Part shown: piece by piece, positions 29,836-40,760 of the stretch
How positions within the stretch are numbered: the stretch's first letter is position 1
Layout: the number at the start of each line of letters is the position of its first letter
Assembly: GCA_030603365.1 (NCBI GenBank)
Contig: JAUVXV010000008.1
Location: 85,388-149,387 of the forward strand
DNA from: Candidatus Heimdallarchaeota archaeon
GTDB taxonomy: Archaea; Asgardarchaeota; Heimdallarchaeia; Heimdallarchaeales; Heimdallarchaeaceae
Reading direction: 5' to 3'
DNA length: 64,000 bases
Notes under the pieces: generated by a model
What the model was told of the DNA's origin: nothing
Database searches by the model: none
What the model saw: the letters and a program-made list of their open reading frames with translations, nothing else
Program-made: the position numbers and the translations under genes

Positions 29836-31662
29836 TTGAACCAGATGTCATGGCTCCAAGACCGAAAACGGTCTCATTCTGCAAAAGAAGTTGCTAAGGT
29901 AATTATGCCTTATATTACTAGACGTAAAGGTTTCTTGGTCTTTATTACTATTGTATCTTTTTTTGCTGCTATTATCGGTCTGGTATCTCCGTTATTAGTT
30001 AGAGAAGTAATTAATACTGCAATTCCGGAGAATAATTTAGAACTTGTTTGGATAATAGGGGGAAGCGTTCTGGGAGTAGCTTTATTTGGTGGATTTCTTC
30101 AATATGTTTCTAGATTTTACGCTGCGAAATATGCTCAAGAAGCAATTTTCGATCTTAGGAATGACATATATGAAACATTGCAACAGCTAAGTTTAGAGTT
30201 CTATGATGAGGAAAATACAGGACAGATTATGACTAGAGTTACAACTGACTTAAATGCTATACAGAGCTTGATTAGTTTCACTCTTCGATTAATAATGAAT
30301 GGAGCGGTATTCTTTATTGGTTCATATATTGCGATGCTTGTTATGAGCTGGAGATTAGGTTTAATTCTTGTTGCTCTTTTTCCTGGATTTATATGGTTAG
30401 TTTATTGGTTTAGTACAAGAGTTAGACCCTTGTTCTATATGGCAAGAAGGCAGTTTGGTGATGTCACTTCAATTCTTCAAGAAAATGTTACTGGGGCACA
30501 TGTTGTTAGGGGATTTGCACAAGAAGAAAATGAGATTGCAAAATTCGATGAATCAAATATCATATACAGAGATTTAAGAGTCAAAACACAAGTCTATAGA
30601 GCTATTTATTTCTCAATTATGACACTGTTAATTGGTATAGGTTCAACTTTAATAATAATGGTAGGAGGTACTCAAATAGTTAATTATCAACTAAAAATTG
30701 GTGATTTTATTGCTTTCTTATCATATCTAGCTCTTCTACCAGGTCCAACAAGACAATTAACATGGTTAGTAGGTATTTTACAAAGAGCATTAGCTAGTGG
30801 AGATAGAATAATCGAACTAATTACTGCAAAGAAAGAAGTTCAAGAAGATCCAAATGCGTTGATTCCACCGAAGTTTGAAGGTGATATAACCTATAAAAAT
30901 GTCTTTTTTGAATATGAAAAGGGGAGAACGATACTAAAAAACATAAACATCAACATACCTAAAGGTCAAAAAATTGTAATTTTGGGCGGTACAGGAAGTG
31001 GTAAAAGCAGTTTTGTAAACCTATTATCACGCTTCTATGATCCAACTGAGGGATTGGTCATGATTGACTCTCAAGATGTAAAGCACTACAAACTAAAAGA
31101 AATGAGAAAGCAAATTGGTTTAGTTTTACAAGAAACATATCTCTTTAATGCAACAATAAGAGAAAATATCGCGTTTGGTAAGCCGGATGCAAATGATGAT
31201 GAAATTATTATGGTTAGTAAAATAGCCAATATTCATGATTTTATTTCTGGTTTACCTAATGGTTATGATACCAAAGTCGGTGATAGAGGCATTACTCTTT
31301 CTGGAGGTCAGAAACAGAGATTATCAATTGCTAGAACATTACTAACAGACCCTTCAATTCTGGTTTTTGATGATTCTACAGCTTCTGTAGATGCTGAAAC
31401 TGAAGCTCAAATTCAAGAAGCTCTTGATATCCTCAGTACTGGGAGAACAACTATCATCATTTCACAAAGGATTTCTTCTGTCCATTATGTGGATAGAGTA
31501 TTAGTGTTTGAAGATGGGGAGATTATTCAAGATGGGAAACATAAAGATTTGATCAAATCTCAGGGATTATATCAAGAAATTTACCACACATTAGAAAGAA
31601 GCTATGGTGATATTGAAAAAAATACAACAAAAACAGATTCAGAACTAAGGGGGAATGATTAA
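29836..31662 (+). CDS. Heterodimeric ABC exporter, TMD-NBD half (degenerate-site subunit)
   Basis: GGTGSGKS, LSGGQ, Walker B FDD, switch Gln (ISQR). Confidence 0.92.
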   Translation: MNQMSWLQDRKRSHSAKEVAKVIMPYITRRKGFLVFITIVSFFAAIIGLVSPLLVREVINTAIPENNLELVWIIGGSVLGVALFGGFLQYVSRFYAAKYAQEAIFDLRNDIYETLQQLSLEFYDEENTGQIMTRVTTDLNAIQSLISFTLRLIMNGAVFFIGSYIAMLVMSWRLGLILVALFPGFIWLVYWFSTRVRPLFYMARRQFGDVTSILQENVTGAHVVRGFAQEENEIAKFDESNIIYRDLRVKTQVYRAIYFSIMTLLIGIGSTLIIMVGGTQIVNYQLKIGDFIAFLSYLALLPGPTRQLTWLVGILQRALASGDRIIELITAKKEVQEDPNALIPPKFEGDITYKNVFFEYEKGRTILKNININIPKGQKIVILGGTGSGKSSFVNLLSRFYDPTEGLVMIDSQDVKHYKLKEMRKQIGLVLQETYLFNATIRENIAFGKPDANDDEIIMVSKIANIHDFISGLPNGYDTKVGDRGITLSGGQKQRLSIARTLLTDPSILVFDDSTASVDAETEAQIQEALDILSTGRTTIIISQRISSVHYVDRVLVFEDGEIIQDGKHKDLIKSQGLYQEIYHTLERSYGDIEKNTTKTDSELRGND

Positions 31663-33578
31663 TGGGGCACATAATGAGACAAATGGCACGAGAAGAAGAA
31701 CAACGAGAGAAGAAATATTCTGATTGGGTTCTTTTCAGAAGAGTATTTGGAGTATTTAGCTATTATAAAGCTGAAGCTGGTTCAGTACTTGCAATAGTAG
31801 TTGTTTTTTCTGTTTTTACATCTACAGTACCTCTACTTCTTGCACAAATTATTGATTTATTTATCTCTCCTTTAGCAAGATCGAGTGCGTATATCGTAAA
31901 TTACTTTAATTCTTTTACAAGTTATGAAACGATCAACGAGGTTCTAATTCAGAGTAAACTGAAAATACTTGCCCCATCAGCAACTTCACAAGATATAAAT
32001 TCTATTTTGATTATGGGAGCAATGTATCTGTTATTTATGATAATGAATTTCATTATGATACTTGTAAGAACAATTTTCTTTGCTCGATTGGGTCAGAAAA
32101 TGATATACCGTATAAGAAATGATTTATTCGCAAAATTGCAGTATCTTTCATTTGAGTATTTCACAGAAACAGAATCAGGCAGAACAATTTCAAAGTTAAC
32201 GAACGATGTTGATTCCTTAGGAGAACTATTAACAACAGGAATTATAGATATCTTTGCTGATTTTGTTAGTTTAGTATGGATACTTGCCCTTATGTTTATT
32301 ATTGATGTCCAGATGGCTTTGTTCACTCTCACTGTTATTCCAGTATTGCTGGTAATAGCATTTCTTTTCCAAAGGAAAGTTAGGTCGGCTTATAGAAGAA
32401 CAAGAGTAGCAATAGCTAAAGTAACTGCAAACTTGCAAGAAACAATATCTGGTGTAAAAGTAACTAAAGCACTTTCTAGAGAAGAAAAAAACATTCAGAA
32501 TTTTAAGGGTTTAAATCGTGAGAATTATTCAGCTAATGTTCATGCAGCTAGTATCTCATCACTATTTATGCCCATAATACAAATTATTGCAGCATTAGGC
32601 AGCACTATCGTTATTGTTTTTGGGGGTTATTCTGTCATTACAACAGGAACAATATCTCTGGGTGAACTTTATGCCTTCCTTGAATATTCTAACAGATTCT
32701 TTATGCCAGTCATAAGTCTGTTTACCTTCTATACAACAATTCAATCAGGTTTCGCTAGTGCAGAAAGAATATTTGAGATTCTTGATGAAGAACCTTCTGT
32801 AAAAAACTCAAAAGAACCAATCATACCTGAGGTAATAAACGGTCATTTAAAGCTGGTAAATGTTGACTTTCATTATCTACCAGAAGTTCCTATTCTAAAA
32901 GATATTAATCTAGCAATAGAACCTGGAAAGAGCATCGCTTTAGTTGGTCAAACTGGTGCTGGAAAAACCACAATCACGAAACTACTCTCTCGCTATTATG
33001 ACGTGACAGCTGGAGAGTTATTTGTTGATGGTATAAATATTAAAGAAATTGACTTAGAAACTTTGAGAAAAAATATAGCCGTTGTTCCTCAAGATGTATA
33101 TCTGTTTAGTGGTTCTATTATGGACAACTTAAAATTTGGAAGAAAAGAGGCTTCTGATGATGAAGTATATGAGATTTGCTTAATACTAGGCTTACACGAT
33201 TATATTCTGAAACTTCCAGAAGGATATGATACTGATGTGAAAGAAGGTGGAGCCAGATTATCATTAGGACAGAGGCAATTGATATCTCTTGCTAGAGCTG
33301 TAGTGGCAAATCCAAGTATTCTCATTTTAGATGAGTGCAGCAGTTCAGTTGATCCTATTACAGAAGCTCTTATTCAAAAAGGTATAAATTATATCTTGAA
33401 GGAAAGAACATCAATCATTATTGCTCATAGGTTAAGTACCATTAAAAATGTCTCACAAATAGTAGTCTTAGACGATGGTGAAATTGTGGAAATAGGTTCT
33501 CATAAAGAGCTTCTTCGTAAAAAAGGTAGATATCACGACTTATACGAAACACAAATTACAAGTAATCTAATTAATTAA
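31662..33578 (+). CDS. Heterodimeric ABC exporter, TMD-NBD half
   Basis: GQTGAGKT, LSLGQ, ILDE, IAHRLST; TAATG coupling to the upstream gene. Confidence 0.92.
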   Translation: MGHIMRQMAREEEQREKKYSDWVLFRRVFGVFSYYKAEAGSVLAIVVVFSVFTSTVPLLLAQIIDLFISPLARSSAYIVNYFNSFTSYETINEVLIQSKLKILAPSATSQDINSILIMGAMYLLFMIMNFIMILVRTIFFARLGQKMIYRIRNDLFAKLQYLSFEYFTETESGRTISKLTNDVDSLGELLTTGIIDIFADFVSLVWILALMFIIDVQMALFTLTVIPVLLVIAFLFQRKVRSAYRRTRVAIAKVTANLQETISGVKVTKALSREEKNIQNFKGLNRENYSANVHAASISSLFMPIIQIIAALGSTIVIVFGGYSVITTGTISLGELYAFLEYSNRFFMPVISLFTFYTTIQSGFASAERIFEILDEEPSVKNSKEPIIPEVINGHLKLVNVDFHYLPEVPILKDINLAIEPGKSIALVGQTGAGKTTITKLLSRYYDVTAGELFVDGINIKEIDLETLRKNIAVVPQDVYLFSGSIMDNLKFGRKEASDDEVYEICLILGLHDYILKLPEGYDTDVKEGGARLSLGQRQLISLARAVVANPSILILDECSSSVDPITEALIQKGINYILKERTSIIIAHRLSTIKNVSQIVVLDDGEIVEIGSHKELLRKKGRYHDLYETQITSNLIN

Positions 33579-33641
33579 AATAGGAGTAACTTCATTTCAA
33601 AATCCTTTTTAGATATTCATTTCTTTTAATCTTGAAATTAA

Positions 33642-35495
33642 ATGGCAAGGGTAGAAGAACTTATAGCTAACAACGAGAGTAGAGTGTTATGTTTAGGAAA
33701 TGAAGCTATCGCTAGAGGTGCATTAGAGGCAGGGGTTCAAGTTTTTGCAGCTTATCCAGGCACACCTAGTAGTGAAGCAAGTACAGCTATCATTGCAACA
33801 GCTTCTAAGTTAGGTCATTATGCTGAATGGAGCACAAATGAAAAAGTTGCATTCGAAACTGCATATGCAGCGTCTATTTCGGGAGTAAGAGCTATGACTG
33901 CTTGTAAACACGTGGGAATAAATGTTCTTGCTGATGCACTTTTCAGTGCAGCATATATGGGGACAACTGGCGGTTTTGTTGTTTTAGTTGCAGATGATCC
34001 TCATTGTTTTAGCAGTCAAAATGAACAAGATTCAAGATGGCTAGGAGTAACAGCTCAAATTCCTATACTTGAACCATCTAACCCACAAGAAGCAAAAAAT
34101 TTCACAAAATTAGCTTTTGATATTAGTGAAAAATTTGAAACCATAATGATTCTAAGGTCTACTACAAGGATCTCTCATGCTAGATCAGATGTAGAATTCA
34201 ACGAATTTGAATCGAACTTTAGAGAAGGAGAATTTGAAAAGGGTATGAGATATAAGTGTCTTCCAGCTATTGCACGAGCAAACCATCCTAAGCTAGTGGC
34301 TAAGATGGATGAAATCAAGAAATGGATACCAGAAAGTGGTTTATCTATAATTGAAGGATCCGGGAATAATGAATTTGGAGTGATAACAAGTGGTATTTCT
34401 TATGCTTACCTTAAGGATGCACTATCATTGCTAAAAAAAGATCTTCCAATACTTAAACTAGGTATGATTGCTCCTCTTGATGAAAAAACAATTTTAGAAT
34501 TTGCACGAGATAAGAAAAATATCATTTTTATTGAAGAAGTTAATCCTTATTTGGAAGATAGAATTTGTGCTCTTTTATTACAGAACAATATAACTCCGAA
34601 AATACATGGTAAATCATCAGGGATCACAAAAAGATACCATGAATTGAATTCAAGACTTGTCGCGGAAGCACTGCAGGGAATCATAGGTGGAGAATTAACT
34701 TCAGTAACTGAGATAGAAAATACTTCAGAAGAAAATAATGATTTTATACCATTCAGACCCCCATTGTTTTGCCCTGGATGTCAACATAGAGCTGCTTTTT
34801 GGGAGCTTTCAAAAGTAGTTAGAAAAAATAAAGGCATATTCGCTTCTGATATTGGATGCTATTCCTTAGATCCTTGGGTGACAGATACTATATTATGTAT
34901 GGGGGGAGGTATAAGTATGGCAAATGGTTTTGCTCGTGTTATCACAGATAAACCTATCTTTGCATATATTGGTGATAGCACATTCTTTCATACAGGTTTA
35001 CCAGCTTTAGCAAACGCTGTTTATCATAAAGCAAACATTACCATTTTAGTTCTAGACAATAGAATGACCGCAATGACAGGTTTTCAACCAAACCCTACAG
35101 AAGTTATTGATATAGTCGATGTTGCTAAATCTTTTGGAGTAGAGTATGTTGTAGAATTTGATCCATATGATTTTGAGAATGGAAAGAAAACATTCGAAGA
35201 AGCATTGAAACACGAAGGACCCACCGTTATAATTATGAGAAAAGTATGTGCAAATGAATGGTGGAGGCAGAAAAGGAGAAGAGGAGAAAAAATTGAAGTT
35301 TATACAATAGACCCTGAAACTTGCATATCGTGTGGTACATGTTTAGTTCAATATCAATGTCCTGCAATCCATTGGAGCTTAGATACTAATTCAAAAGGTA
35401 AAAACTATTCTGTTATTGATCCTTCAATGTGTACAGGATGTAGTGTTTGTTCTCAAATATGCCCGACAGGAGCAATTACAAAGGCGGTGGACTAA
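33642..35495 (+). CDS. iorA: Indolepyruvate:ferredoxin oxidoreductase alpha subunit
   Basis: GNEAIARGA, YPGTP, NEKVA, SSQNEQD, RPP.FCPGC, DIGCY, GDSTF, two C-terminal CxxCxxC ferredoxin motifs. Confidence 0.95.
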   Translation: MARVEELIANNESRVLCLGNEAIARGALEAGVQVFAAYPGTPSSEASTAIIATASKLGHYAEWSTNEKVAFETAYAASISGVRAMTACKHVGINVLADALFSAAYMGTTGGFVVLVADDPHCFSSQNEQDSRWLGVTAQIPILEPSNPQEAKNFTKLAFDISEKFETIMILRSTTRISHARSDVEFNEFESNFREGEFEKGMRYKCLPAIARANHPKLVAKMDEIKKWIPESGLSIIEGSGNNEFGVITSGISYAYLKDALSLLKKDLPILKLGMIAPLDEKTILEFARDKKNIIFIEEVNPYLEDRICALLLQNNITPKIHGKSSGITKRYHELNSRLVAEALQGIIGGELTSVTEIENTSEENNDFIPFRPPLFCPGCQHRAAFWELSKVVRKNKGIFASDIGCYSLDPWVTDTILCMGGGISMANGFARVITDKPIFAYIGDSTFFHTGLPALANAVYHKANITILVLDNRMTAMTGFQPNPTEVIDIVDVAKSFGVEYVVEFDPYDFENGKKTFEEALKHEGPTVIIMRKVCANEWWRQKRRRGEKIEVYTIDPETCISCGTCLVQYQCPAIHWSLDTNSKGKNYSVIDPSMCTGCSVCSQICPTGAITKAVD

Positions 35496-36098
35496 ATGAC
35501 TGAAACGTATCAAATGATTGTGTGTGGAGTTGGCGGTCAAGGGATATTAACCATCACGGATGTTATTGTAATGGCTGCTCAGAAAAAAGGATTAAGAGTT
35601 TTAGGTTCCGAAGTTCATGGAATGGCTCAAAAAGGTGGATCTGTTGTGACTAATCTTAAGCTAGGAAAAGAATTGCATTCACCAGTGACACCTATAGGAA
35701 GTTGTAAGGTACTAGTTGGTTTAGAACAAAATGAAACTTTGCGATATATGAAATACCTAGAACCAGAAGGAACTGTGATTACTTCTAAAACTGTTTTATA
35801 TCCAATTTCTTGGAAAAAAGACAAAAACACTGCCCAATTAGCTAGGGAGAAAATAGAAGAAAACTTAGCAAAATATAAAGCTAGAATCATGAGAATAGAT
35901 GCTGAAGGATTAGCAGTTGAAGCTGGGTTAGCTTTAACTCAAAACATTGTTCTGCTTGGTGCATTGTCACAAGTAAAGGATTTTCCACTATCTGCAGATG
36001 AATTGAAGGAAGCGTTAAAACTTAGAGTTCCTGCAAAGTATCTAGATCAGAATATAAAAGCCTTTGAGTTAGGTATAAGTACTGTATCTAACTTTTAG
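35496..36098 (+). CDS. iorB: Indolepyruvate:ferredoxin oxidoreductase beta subunit
   Basis: GVGGQG, SEVHGMAQKGGSV, N..AFELG. Confidence 0.93.
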   Translation: MTETYQMIVCGVGGQGILTITDVIVMAAQKKGLRVLGSEVHGMAQKGGSVVTNLKLGKELHSPVTPIGSCKVLVGLEQNETLRYMKYLEPEGTVITSKTVLYPISWKKDKNTAQLAREKIEENLAKYKARIMRIDAEGLAVEAGLALTQNIVLLGALSQVKDFPLSADELKEALKLRVPAKYLDQNIKAFELGISTVSNF

Positions 36099-36153
36099 TA
36101 ATTATTCTAGAAAAGCAAGACCAACAATGTATAGAGTTTAGTAGAAATAGTTC

Positions 36154-36465
36154 TTATTTTTCTTCATCAGGAAGTTGCACAGTTTCAATAATTTTTTCTC
36201 CTGCTACAACTTCATCTACAGAGTGGATAGAGGATCCATAATCACGAAGTGTTTCTTGGATTTCATCAAACACTAGATTATCACCTACTATAGTAACATT
36301 GATTCCTTCAGTACTAGAATCAGTTTCTGTTCTCATGATATTAACAGATTCTACACCATGTAATTCTGCAAGAGCATGGGCCAAAACATCCATTCTGGGC
36401 TGATGAGGTTTTAAAACATCTAATACAAGTCTTCTTATACGAACAGTTCTTGAGGAAGTAACCAT
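36154..36465 (-). CDS. DUF211-family protein
   Basis: IRRLVLDVLKPH.P and SIHSVDEVVAG. Confidence 0.9.
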   Translation of the reverse strand: MVTSSRTVRIRRLVLDVLKPHQPRMDVLAHALAELHGVESVNIMRTETDSSTEGINVTIVGDNLVFDEIQETLRDYGSSIHSVDEVVAGEKIIETVQLPDEEK

Positions 36466-36664
36466 CTTTAATTCCCAATATATAATAAATTAACTAACTG
36501 GATTTTGTATGTTAGAATTCTTAAACTTTTAGATATGAAAATTGATAGCCAACTTTATTATATAATGACGTCTATTTGTATTTTGTTAGTTACCAGTAGG
36601 CAAAACCATATTAAATATAGTAAAAATTAAGAATTGGGAACTTTAAGTTACAACGTACAATAAC

Positions 36665-39600
36665 GTGAGGTCTATGTCGAAGAACTTTCCTTATGACTTA
36701 TGGATGACAGCTGGAAGCGATGCTGGTATTAGCTTTGCAACAATTGGAAGTTTAGCAAAAGATTCAAGCATGATGCAGGGAATTCTCCTCTCTCTTCAAA
36801 CACTTATGACAACAGAAGTTAATGTGAGCAATTCACAATTTATGACAGGAGAAAATGAATATGTTAAATTCGGAACATTTACTCTTGCTGAAGAAGCTGA
36901 TAATGTTGTTGTACAATATGTGGTTAAATCGGATCAACCAAATAAACTGACAAAAGAAAACGAAATGCTGGTTCAAGAATTAGCTCTTTCATTTTGTCGA
37001 TTTATCATATTAACACCTAAATTTCATCAACACCTAGCAACTGGGAGAATGATATCATCAGACAATGTATCTAAAGCATTTCTAAAAGCTTGCACAATTG
37101 CTAAACAGAAGATTTTTGTATCTAAAAACAACAAAGGACTTTTGGATTTAATTGATAAAAATCTGAAAAATATTGAAAAGGACAGTCTGAAATTCCCAAC
37201 GGTTGCTCAACTTCGAAATCTGAAAGAATGGATAGGTGAGGATGAGAAATCTTGGGAAGATGGAGCTTTAGTTCCATTTAAACGTCAGCTACTAGTACAG
37301 ATGGTTGCTCAAGACATTTTGAATCAAATAATAACTGAGGATCCTTTTGTCCTAATAGAATTCGAAACCCCAAGATATGTTATTGAAGAAATTAGAAATC
37401 ATATAGAAAGATTTCTCAGGGGTAAAGAAATCAAACCCAAAGAGCTTATTGAAGAGTACTTAGTCAAGAATATGGATAAAAAGGTTGCAGCTCAACTCAA
37501 GAAACTTTCAATCGATGAGATTCATTCTGCTAACTCCTTTATAGCCCACAACCTAGCAAAAGAGGTAATCTTTGCACTTTCTAAGGAAAATCCTATTTGT
37601 TCCTTAGTAGATTTTCGAAGTGTAGATTTATTTTCAGCAATTCGAAATCAGATAAGTACAGCTACAGAAGTTCCTAATCCGGGTAACATGATATGTGATG
37701 CTCTCATAGAAGACGTTTCTCCCTTAGCATTACAGAGTGCAAGACTCTTTTACAATCAGCTCATACAACCATTTATAGGTAGAAAACTACCACCCAGTAT
37801 TTGGAATGTAATTGTTGATTTCACATTTTCTATATTAGACGAAAAAAAGATTAAACCTTCTAACAAGAAAAAAGGAAAGAATAAGGGCACATCTATTGGT
37901 GTTAAACGCGATTTATTAAAAGAGAGAATATCAAAATTATCAGTAATTCAACCAAAATGGCAAAAGGAACTAACTAAGAAGTTCTCTGACATGGGTATAG
38001 GAAAACAACTTCAAATCTCTAATGTTGAAGAATCTGTTTTATTTGCAAGTGCATTAGAAAGAGCTATTATCACAACATTAGAAAAAATAGTAAAAGATCA
38101 GCTTTTCAATTCTAACTTAGGAGACATATTTTCTTATATGATTAATTCATTCAAAGCTATTGCTCCTAAAACAGTTTTTGTTAATATTCTTGAAGGAATT
38201 ATGACTGATTTAAAAAACAGGAAATATGAAGCACCAACACAAATGGGTTTGAACACCAAAGATTTGATAAGTGCTGCAATTGAAGAAGGAACAATTAGAG
38301 CTCATGTAAATTCAGTACCAGTTCAGTTAAAGAAATTATTTTTCAAAGGTAGTTTTCTTCGATTTGATGGTAGAAAGATATCAGCAGCAGAGGTACTTCT
38401 AAAACAGGGAATAACACTCAATGTTAGTAATAAAGTAATGCCACTTCGAGAAGCAGAGTGTGATGCTGAATTCTTGACAACTTGTTTTATGAATACAAAA
38501 ATTCTCAAGAAAGCATATCCTAAGGCAATCCTTCGAGGCATGATTGAATCATATCTTCAGCAAATGTTCCATTTTGAAGGAGAAGTTTACAACCAACTAG
38601 ATACTTTGATTACTGTTTTTAATAGAGAAGTTGCTTCGAAATTAATACCAGCTCATCGATTACCTGACGTCAGAAATAGTTTTCCCTCTTTTCCACTCAT
38701 TAGAGATGTTCCTCAAAAATTCACAGGGAAAAATTTCCACGATAGATGTCAGGAAAGCTGGAACGAGTATGCTCCAAAAATCCACAAAACGATACAAGAT
38801 CTACTCACAGGTTTCTCTTCATTAAGGTTAAACGATTTAAACTATAAGAAGAAAGCTATGAAACTATACAATACAGCAACTAAAGAACTTAAGTATATTC
38901 GAAAGAATCTGATTAAGAATTGGAGTCCATTAAACGACCAAATGACAAAAATGGTCGAAAATTGGTCAAAAGAAGTAAGTGTTGATCTTTCAGCTCATCT
39001 TGATACAATTAGAAAGCAAGCACACAATTGGGTAGGTAATGAATTTAAAATTCAAAAATTAGAATATGGCAAGTTCACAGTATCTGAGAAACAAAGTCTT
39101 AAGGAAATCATTGATACCGTAAATAAACTAAATCCACAAGAAATTGCAGATTTGCCTAAGAATTTCATGGAAATAGCTATCTCTATCCTCTTATACAGAA
39201 GAATTCCTGAATATGTGATAGATGAATCTTATACTCAAATGATAAGTGGGGAGAAAAAAATAGCTGATTCTGTTCTGAAAGCTTGGGGAAAAAGTCGTTC
39301 TAGGAAAGAATTTGAAAATAACTTATATCTTAATATGAGAGCTTTAGGAAATACTTTCACAAAGATGATCAATACCTATGGTAGACTTACAAGTACTTTG
39401 TTTGTAGAAAACGATTTGGAGCTTTCTAGTGATATCAAAGGTTATTACATCATTTTAGGCAATCTTCCCAAGGAGATATATTTAACTAAAAATAGTGTTT
39501 TCGATATACTAAAATTCCCAAATGTGGACGTTGTCAGTCATCCTAAGGACTGGGAAATCCGTTTGTATTTGGAACCTGATTATAAGAGAGAGATGGATGA

Positions 39601-39820
39601 ATATAGAGACAGATTAATCGTCATGAGTGATATTGTAGGGTTTGTTGCTCGCAAAAAATTTGATGAAAATACAGGTCCTGTTCTTGAAGGGATGAAATCT
39701 GTAATCTCTTATCTCATTGAAAATGGGGAAGCTAATATTATAGACCTTTCAGAAACAATAAAAGAAGCACTTTTCAGGCTCTCTGAATATCCTACAACTG
39801 TTACAGAGGAAAAAGAGTAA
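36665..39820 (+). CDS. Large helical hypothetical protein with probable N-terminal longin-like domain
   Basis: 1051-aa ORF; the N-terminal beta-beta-alpha pattern (DAGISF...D.SMMQGILLSLQTLMTTEV) resembles Asgard longin domains. Confidence 0.6.
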   Translation: MRSMSKNFPYDLWMTAGSDAGISFATIGSLAKDSSMMQGILLSLQTLMTTEVNVSNSQFMTGENEYVKFGTFTLAEEADNVVVQYVVKSDQPNKLTKENEMLVQELALSFCRFIILTPKFHQHLATGRMISSDNVSKAFLKACTIAKQKIFVSKNNKGLLDLIDKNLKNIEKDSLKFPTVAQLRNLKEWIGEDEKSWEDGALVPFKRQLLVQMVAQDILNQIITEDPFVLIEFETPRYVIEEIRNHIERFLRGKEIKPKELIEEYLVKNMDKKVAAQLKKLSIDEIHSANSFIAHNLAKEVIFALSKENPICSLVDFRSVDLFSAIRNQISTATEVPNPGNMICDALIEDVSPLALQSARLFYNQLIQPFIGRKLPPSIWNVIVDFTFSILDEKKIKPSNKKKGKNKGTSIGVKRDLLKERISKLSVIQPKWQKELTKKFSDMGIGKQLQISNVEESVLFASALERAIITTLEKIVKDQLFNSNLGDIFSYMINSFKAIAPKTVFVNILEGIMTDLKNRKYEAPTQMGLNTKDLISAAIEEGTIRAHVNSVPVQLKKLFFKGSFLRFDGRKISAAEVLLKQGITLNVSNKVMPLREAECDAEFLTTCFMNTKILKKAYPKAILRGMIESYLQQMFHFEGEVYNQLDTLITVFNREVASKLIPAHRLPDVRNSFPSFPLIRDVPQKFTGKNFHDRCQESWNEYAPKIHKTIQDLLTGFSSLRLNDLNYKKKAMKLYNTATKELKYIRKNLIKNWSPLNDQMTKMVENWSKEVSVDLSAHLDTIRKQAHNWVGNEFKIQKLEYGKFTVSEKQSLKEIIDTVNKLNPQEIADLPKNFMEIAISILLYRRIPEYVIDESYTQMISGEKKIADSVLKAWGKSRSRKEFENNLYLNMRALGNTFTKMINTYGRLTSTLFVENDLELSSDIKGYYIILGNLPKEIYLTKNSVFDILKFPNVDVVSHPKDWEIRLYLEPDYKREMDEYRDRLIVMSDIVGFVARKKFDENTGPVLEGMKSVISYLIENGEANIIDLSETIKEALFRLSEYPTTVTEEKE

Positions 39821-39999
39821 GTTAGGAGAGTAAGCATCTAGAACGAGCTAAAATCTCATCTACATTTTTTTTCTATATGTTCTTTCTTTGTTCGAGGAGA
39901 TTGATACCTGAGTTCAGTATTGAAAAATCACCTCACTGAACATCCCATTTCACCAGAAACCTACTCACTTTTTAAAACTGTTAAACTATTCAAAGCGTT

Positions 40000-40725
40000 T
40001 TATTTTGGTATTCTAGGGCCAAAAATAGCAGTACCAATTCTGATTAGATTTGAACCTTCTTCTATAGCTATTTCGTAATTACCTGACATTCCCATAGAGA
40101 GATGTAGTTCGTCTTTGTTCACCATTGGCATAAATTTTTCTTTAAAAATTTTGTAAGTTTTTGCGAAGAATTTTCTCAAAATCTGAGGTGTTGTTTCATA
40201 TTTTAAAGGAGCAATTGTCATTAAGCCTTGAATATCAATTGAAGTGTAATGTTGTGAAAGAGATAAGAACTTCATAAATTCTCCCTCATTGAGCCCTTTT
40301 CTGTTTTCGTCTTCACTGAAATCAACTTGAAGATAAATTGGATACAGCTGATTTCTCTTCTCTGCATACTTGTTAAGTAAAGAAAGAATCTTCTCAGTTT
40401 TTACACTTTGAACTAAATCACATTTTTCAACCGCAAATTTAGTTTTATTGGATTGTAATTGTCCTACTACGTGTACAATAATTGATGGTAAATAACTTTT
40501 GATTTGGTTGATTTTCGCTTTAAGTTCAGTGCCGACAACTTCTCCCACATATTTCAGACCAGCGTCTAGAGCAGGTTCAATCCTTGCCATCTCTATTCTT
40601 TTTGTTACACCAACAATTGTAATATCTGAAATATCTCTACCAGAAAGAGAAGAACTTTTCTCTACTCTTCGAACTACTTCTTGATAGTTAGAATTGACAT
40701 TAACCTCAGCTGATATATCAGACAT
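40000..40725 (-). CDS. yggS: YggS/PLPBP pyridoxal-phosphate homeostasis protein
   Basis: VGVTK, GQLQSNK, GLMTI, LSMGMS..Y.IAIEEGS..IRIGTAIFG. Confidence 0.92.
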   Translation of the reverse strand: MSDISAEVNVNSNYQEVVRRVEKSSSLSGRDISDITIVGVTKRIEMARIEPALDAGLKYVGEVVGTELKAKINQIKSYLPSIIVHVVGQLQSNKTKFAVEKCDLVQSVKTEKILSLLNKYAEKRNQLYPIYLQVDFSEDENRKGLNEGEFMKFLSLSQHYTSIDIQGLMTIAPLKYETTPQILRKFFAKTYKIFKEKFMPMVNKDELHLSMGMSGNYEIAIEEGSNLIRIGTAIFGPRIPK

Positions 40726-40760
40726 TAATTGAACTTTAAATTACTTTAAGAAAAGTATTA

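Noticed and set aside
39912-39941. GTTCAGT/ACTGAAC 7-bp stem in a convergent intergenic gap
   Set aside because: Short stem with no clear C/D or H/ACA boxes; not enough for an ncRNA call.
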